Source of the DNA: Tubulanus polymorphus
Taxonomy: Eukaryota > Animalia > Nemertea
Direction of reading: 5' to 3'
DNA length: 64,000 nucleotides
Assembly: GCF_964204645.1 (NCBI RefSeq)
Contig: NC_134031.1
Location: forward strand, 7,874,001 to 7,938,000
The notes below the pieces were generated by a model that was given only the letters and a program-made list of their open reading frames with translations, did not search any database and had not been told where the DNA came from. Shown here piece by piece: positions 60,001 through 64,000 of this stretch. Within the stretch, counting starts at the first letter, position 1, and every line of letters starts with the position of its first letter. Both the position numbers and the translations under genes were made by a program.

Positions 60001-62527
60001 GCTACCAGCAAATTCACTATAGTATGAAACAAAGTACATGCCCTAAAATCTCTAGATTTTCTGACAGCCAAACCCATGAGTTTGATGCATTAAATGCAAA
60101 CAGATTGATCAAAACCCCCAAGTACGTAAGTTTTATTCTGCTAACCACTCCCTTCAAGTACCGTGTTTGTACAAAGAACTATAACCACTCTCCCCAATTT
60201 ACATAGGTAGCAACTTAAGGTATGCTCGCTAGAAAAATACACCTACTATGAACTATAACATTCCGGTACATAGCACATGTACATGCATATAACCGGGGTG
60301 GCTACCATATTAAATCTTGTAATATAATGTAAATATCAATGCATAAATCATGTGGATGATAATCATGAAAATCTTCAACGTGCAAAATTGAAGAAAAACT
60401 TTTGTATGCTAAACACAACAGCATCCCTGAAACACACAGCCACCACAAAGCAAGACCATAGAATAACAGATTCAATCTATGGTGGCCACTAAATGGATAA
60501 ACTATGATAGGTTTGGCAGATTATGTATATAAACGAAAGAGCTAGAGATGGATAGAATGCTAGATTTTGATGAATGGATTTCATTGGGAGACATTTCAGT
60601 CGAGTGTGTGGTGGTATGACAGCAATTGTCCCTCTTACCTGTGCGACACCCATTACTGAGATAGGCACTCCACATTTAGTGTACACATTAGGCGTTTCAA
60701 TATTCAATGTCATCGTATTCAACGATATCCTGAATATACACGTGCATATATATGTAACATTAAAATACAATGTACAAGAGAAAACCTGCCGGACAAAATT
60801 CAACCGATAACAACAGGGAATGAAAATCGAAAATGACGAAAAAATTCGAGATGCCTAAAAGATAATCTGATGATTTTCACCTATCATGGGACCAAAAAAG
60901 CTTTTGTAGTACAAGGTGATGCAATGATATCATTGCGATAAAAGGTAGGGTTGTATTATAATTTGAGAACCAAAGGCAGGGAATAATTACAATAATAGCT
61001 GAATTCACACTAGGATTTCAGTGCGGTATTAAGCGTTCACACAATGAAATTATTTGAGGCCTATTCGCAGCTTATTCAGTTCCGTATGCCGAAAAACTTG
61101 ATCTTGGTACGGAACTGAACTGGTCGCGTATTTTCTGTAGTGTGAATGCAGATTTGGCGCTTAGCTAGCTGCGTATTTACATCCTCGTAGTACGCTACAC
61201 TCAACACTAATTACACTCCCCTCTATTGGCACATAGGGTGACTACCATACTGGGCTTAATTAGTGCTGAATTGCCAACTCTACGTGTGAATGTAACTGGT
61301 TGTGTAAGCATGCTATTTTGGTAAATTCGAAACCAGCGAAGTACGGTAATTCATAAGCGCCAAATCTAGTGTGAACGCGGCTAATATCTATCGAATCGTT
61401 TAGCGGTCGAAAAATGTTTGGTGGTAGTTGTGTGCACGAGGATGAATCCAACAAAAACTTTCACTCATCAAAACAAGTGACAATCAATAATCATATGGGA
61501 TAGACTTAACTAACACCAAGGGAAATAGAATGCCTAGTGGGACTTAATTTTGAAATGTCGTGCAAAGTTTCAACTACGCCGAGGACACTACTGAACCTAA
61601 TACGCTATAGTTTTGTCACAATATTCATATATGTTATACAGAAAATGGATTTCGAGCATCATTCAAATCGAACCTAAATTCATAACATTTCACTTTACCT
61701 ACATTTCAGGATCATTCATTGATTAAGTACCTATGAAGTTCAAATGCATAGCCTACATATCTGTATGGGCGAGGGGGAATTAAAGAGGTAATTGTACGTT
61801 TTCAATACCAGTGCCCGATCTATTTGCTTCAATGCTTCTTAGTTGGCAGTGATGTTCGGCTTCTGGCAACAGATTTTTACAAAACAATAATACACGCAGC
61901 GATCCGAAATGGCTACTGAATGAACCTCAAACATGTTTTTTGATAATTGAAAATCTGGAATATGACGTGAAGACAATATGTTTGCAAAGGGGTACTGAAA
62001 AAAGTTACTTGCTCAAGACAGCCTCCCTTGGCAGGGATTCAAACTTGATGGTATCGAGACTCGCCACGTTACAAAACCCTGGCACACTTGCCAGAGTGCT
62101 ACATGCACAGCTTAGATGATGTCATTATTAGCCAATCAGAAATCCCATTTTATTTTAGCCTATAGGTTTTTCCATCTATAGATTATCCATGAAATTTGAC
62201 TCAACAATTATTCAAACGACAATCTTATTGGTGCCACAAGTTTTCTTGCAGCTGTCCTGAATACCTGCCGAGGTAAGATGGCCCATAGGCAAAGGAGAGA
62301 TTTCATACATACTTAATATATGAATGATCCTTTTCATCTATCACAACGAAAGAAAATGATCTGAAGAATCGCAGAATTGCTGGAACAACAGTACACGCAT
62401 ATATTATCTTGCTGCTTTCGGACAACTAAGTTTTACCTGCGCGATGCCAACAACTCTTAGCGGGACACCTTTTGATGTATACACGGTGTCCGTATCAATT
62501 TGTAGAGTCATCGTATTCAGTGAAAGC
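45020..62527 (-). CDS. FLOT1: Flotillin-1 (reggie-2), 5'-partial
   Basis: Exons 62527-62437 or 60729-60639 (alternative), 57957-57814, 56190-56071, 54991-54896, 54511-54359, 53544-53363, 53166-53121, 53030-52893, 47247-47083, and a tentative last exon 45049-45020 (SKLSKAGLV*). Peptides [66 protein letters not shown]. The first ~40 aa are outside the window. Confidence 0.93.
45990..46850 (-). mobile_element. HINE-type element (third family) with ~120-bp tandem repeats
   Basis: About six to seven units of CCTACTTGTGTACCAAGTTTGAA...GTCAACAATTGCGGCCTCTAGGCT. Terminus GCCGGGGGCATAAAAA. Confidence 0.78.
48276..50856. repeat. Long patchy inverted repeat (foldback-like) in a flotillin intron
   Basis: Arms 48276-48686 and 50439-50856 share three reverse-complement blocks, including a near-identical ~185-bp block (48502-48686 / 50439-50623). 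Confidence 0.88.
49380..50335. mobile_element. hAT-like MITE with many GTGCCC subterminal motifs
   Basis: CAGGGGCGGATCCAG ... CTGGATCCGCCCCTG; flanks TAAAT / CAAAT. Confidence 0.8.
51346..52783 (-). mobile_element. HINE/Helentron-like non-autonomous element
   Basis: AACAAGAG...TATGGTCGAAGAC at the left end; the subTIR/hairpin TATATGGTCTTCGACCATAAGTATAAA at the right end. Confidence 0.6.
54120..54335 (-). mobile_element. tRNA-derived SINE
   Basis: Minus strand GGTGCAGTGGTCTAGA (A box) ... GTTTGAATCCTGGC (B box), followed by a non-tRNA body. Confidence 0.6.
55454..55865. mobile_element. hAT-like MITE
   Basis: CAGGGTTTCCAGCGGT ... ACCGCTGGAAACCCTA; flanks TCTAT / TGTAT; repeated AAGGACTTTT motifs. 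Confidence 0.8.
56652..56693 (-). ncRNA. Minimal type I hammerhead ribozyme (Penelope pLTR)
   Basis: Minus strand ACAC-CTGACGA-T-GATCTC-TAGGGT-GAGATC-GAAAC-GTC-GTGT: CUGANGA core, stem II, GAAA, minimal stem III, GUC cleavage triplet, stem I ACAC/GTGT. Confidence 0.85.
57212..57253 (+). ncRNA. Minimal type I hammerhead ribozyme, second copy (stem I mismatch)
   Basis: ACACCTGACGATGATCTCTAGGGTGAGATCGAAACGTCATGT; G>A directly after the cleavage triplet. Confidence 0.75.
60639..60729 (-). CDS. FLOT1: Flotillin-1 alternative SPFH exon, downstream copy (91 nt)
   Basis: TTCAG| ... CAG|GTAAGA; encodes (R)[30 protein letters not shown]. Confidence 0.9.
60996..61383. mobile_element. PIF/Harbinger-like MITE between the two alternative flotillin exons
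   Basis: TAGCTGAATTCACACTAG ... CTAGTGTGAACGCGGCTA. Confidence 0.7.
62437..62527 (-). CDS. FLOT1: Flotillin-1 alternative SPFH exon, upstream copy (91 nt)
   Basis: TTGTAG| ... CAG|GTAAAA; encodes (R)[30 protein letters not shown]. Confidence 0.88.
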
Positions 62528-63218
62528 CTACAATTTTCAATATCAAATAACTTTTCGTGACAGAAATAAATAATAACTGTTGACACCACAATTGACAAAT
62601 ACAATTGTTGCGAAAACGCTCACCAAGATCATTTTCAATGAAGAAACTTAATTAGAATCAATGTGGACACCGTACACATGAATTTTCCATGAAGATACGG
62701 AAATTCAAGGATCCAACTTATCATTATCAAAAGATATCTGTAAGGGGCTATCTAAGTCATCCAGGCTTGACAGGATGAGAAAATTCTGAATTTTTGTGGA
62801 TAAGCAGTTGCTCTCATGTGGACATCCAGACGACAGGGGTGGCATGATCTAGGCTAAAGGCCTATGCCAAATCGGAATATTTTATGGAAAAAACGGTATG
62901 ATATATATTAACAGAATATTCTATCGGATGCACGTGTTATAAACGTGTATTGACTCCAGTCATTAGTGAATTTGACAGTATTTACAGGGCTTTCTGCTGA
63001 TATAGTCAGCAATACTGGGGTCAATAAGTCTGGCATCGTGTAGATAAAATGAAATTGATGCCACATATATATGTGGATGCACCGTTCAGCCCACCGAAAG
63101 TGACAAGTATGCCACGCAATTTTGTTATCAGCACCAACAATGCAAGCGACAAATACGCTTGGAAATTAAATCAGTGTACTTTACAACCAAAACACTATTC
63201 ATCGTGAATGATATTGTA

Positions 63219-64000
63219 AACTAGGGGTCCAGGGACACCATGCCCACTTGGGAAGTGGTTTCAAATGCTCAACAATCTAACAATTTCAATATTCAAGGCC
63301 CCTGGTGTCCATATACAAAAACCAATGACTTTGAAACCCACCACAATCATAGAACATGTCAGCAGCTACGATTTTGTAATTGACTGTGATAACAAAATAT
63401 GCCTCGTCACCAATCTAATATGGAAATACTAAGTTACTTGACTATTCAACACCCCCAGGTGACCATATGCAAAACCCAAAGCACAATCAAACCAAAGAAA
63501 CCACAATCATAGACCATGTCATGAACTACAACTTTGCAATTTATCATGGTAACAATCTAATAAGGAAATACTAAGTTATTCTACTATTTAACGCCCCCTG
63601 GTGACCGTATAGAATAAATAATGTACTTAAAACTCACCACAATCATAGACGATGTCATGAGCTACAACTTTGCAATTGATTGTGGTAACAAAATATGCAT
63701 AAGTACGAATATAACATAGAAATACGAAGTTATTGTATTATACAAAAACCAATGACCTTGAAACTCATCAAAATCATAGACCACGTTATGGGCTACAACT
63801 TTCAAATTGATTATGGTAACACAATATGCTTAGGTATCAAAATAATGTGGAAGACCTTTTTCCCACTTACGAATGAGTAGTGATGACACCAAGATGGCCA
63901 CCATTTGCGTCATAATTGGCAGATCAAAAATAACAGGTCTCAGGTATAAAACATCCCTTTCCAAAGAATACCCATCACAAATTGCAATGAGAAATGGCAA
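63219..64000 (-). mobile_element. HINE copy (family of 11903-17002), running off the window end
   Basis: AACTAGGGGTCCAGGGACACCATGCCCACTTGGGAAGTGG is the reverse complement of 16963-17002. Tandem units and core follow. Confidence 0.9.

Noticed and set aside
62020-62115. tRNA gene
   Set aside because: Degenerate B box on minus with a related fragment at ~42420. More likely a SINE remnant, too decayed to call.

Overview
AT-rich eukaryotic genomic DNA with spliceosomal introns, most likely from a marine invertebrate (lophotrochozoan-like; an inference from gene and TE content). Two convergent host genes. (1) On +, a 19-coding-exon TDRD5/Tejas-like piRNA-pathway gene (17242-39794, about 1239 aa, four LOTUS repeats plus an extended Tudor domain). 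(2) On -, flotillin-1 (5' exons lie beyond the window), which carries two tandem 91-nt paralogous copies of one SPFH-domain exon that look mutually exclusive. The first 17 kb is a transposon stack: a decayed hAT-like transposase; a Crypton-type tyrosine recombinase unit (intact ORF, 30-bp tandem array, decayed upstream ORF, palindromic end); an RTEX/CR1-like LINE with an inverted 5' part nested in two Tc1/mariner MITEs; and an intron-containing hAT element with a 5-bp TSD inside a Helentron-associated (HINE) element bearing CTCF-like motifs. Introns hold many MITEs and HINEs, a SINE, a long foldback repeat and an inverted Penelope insertion with two minimal hammerhead ribozymes. All coordinates were read by eye and no database searches were run.
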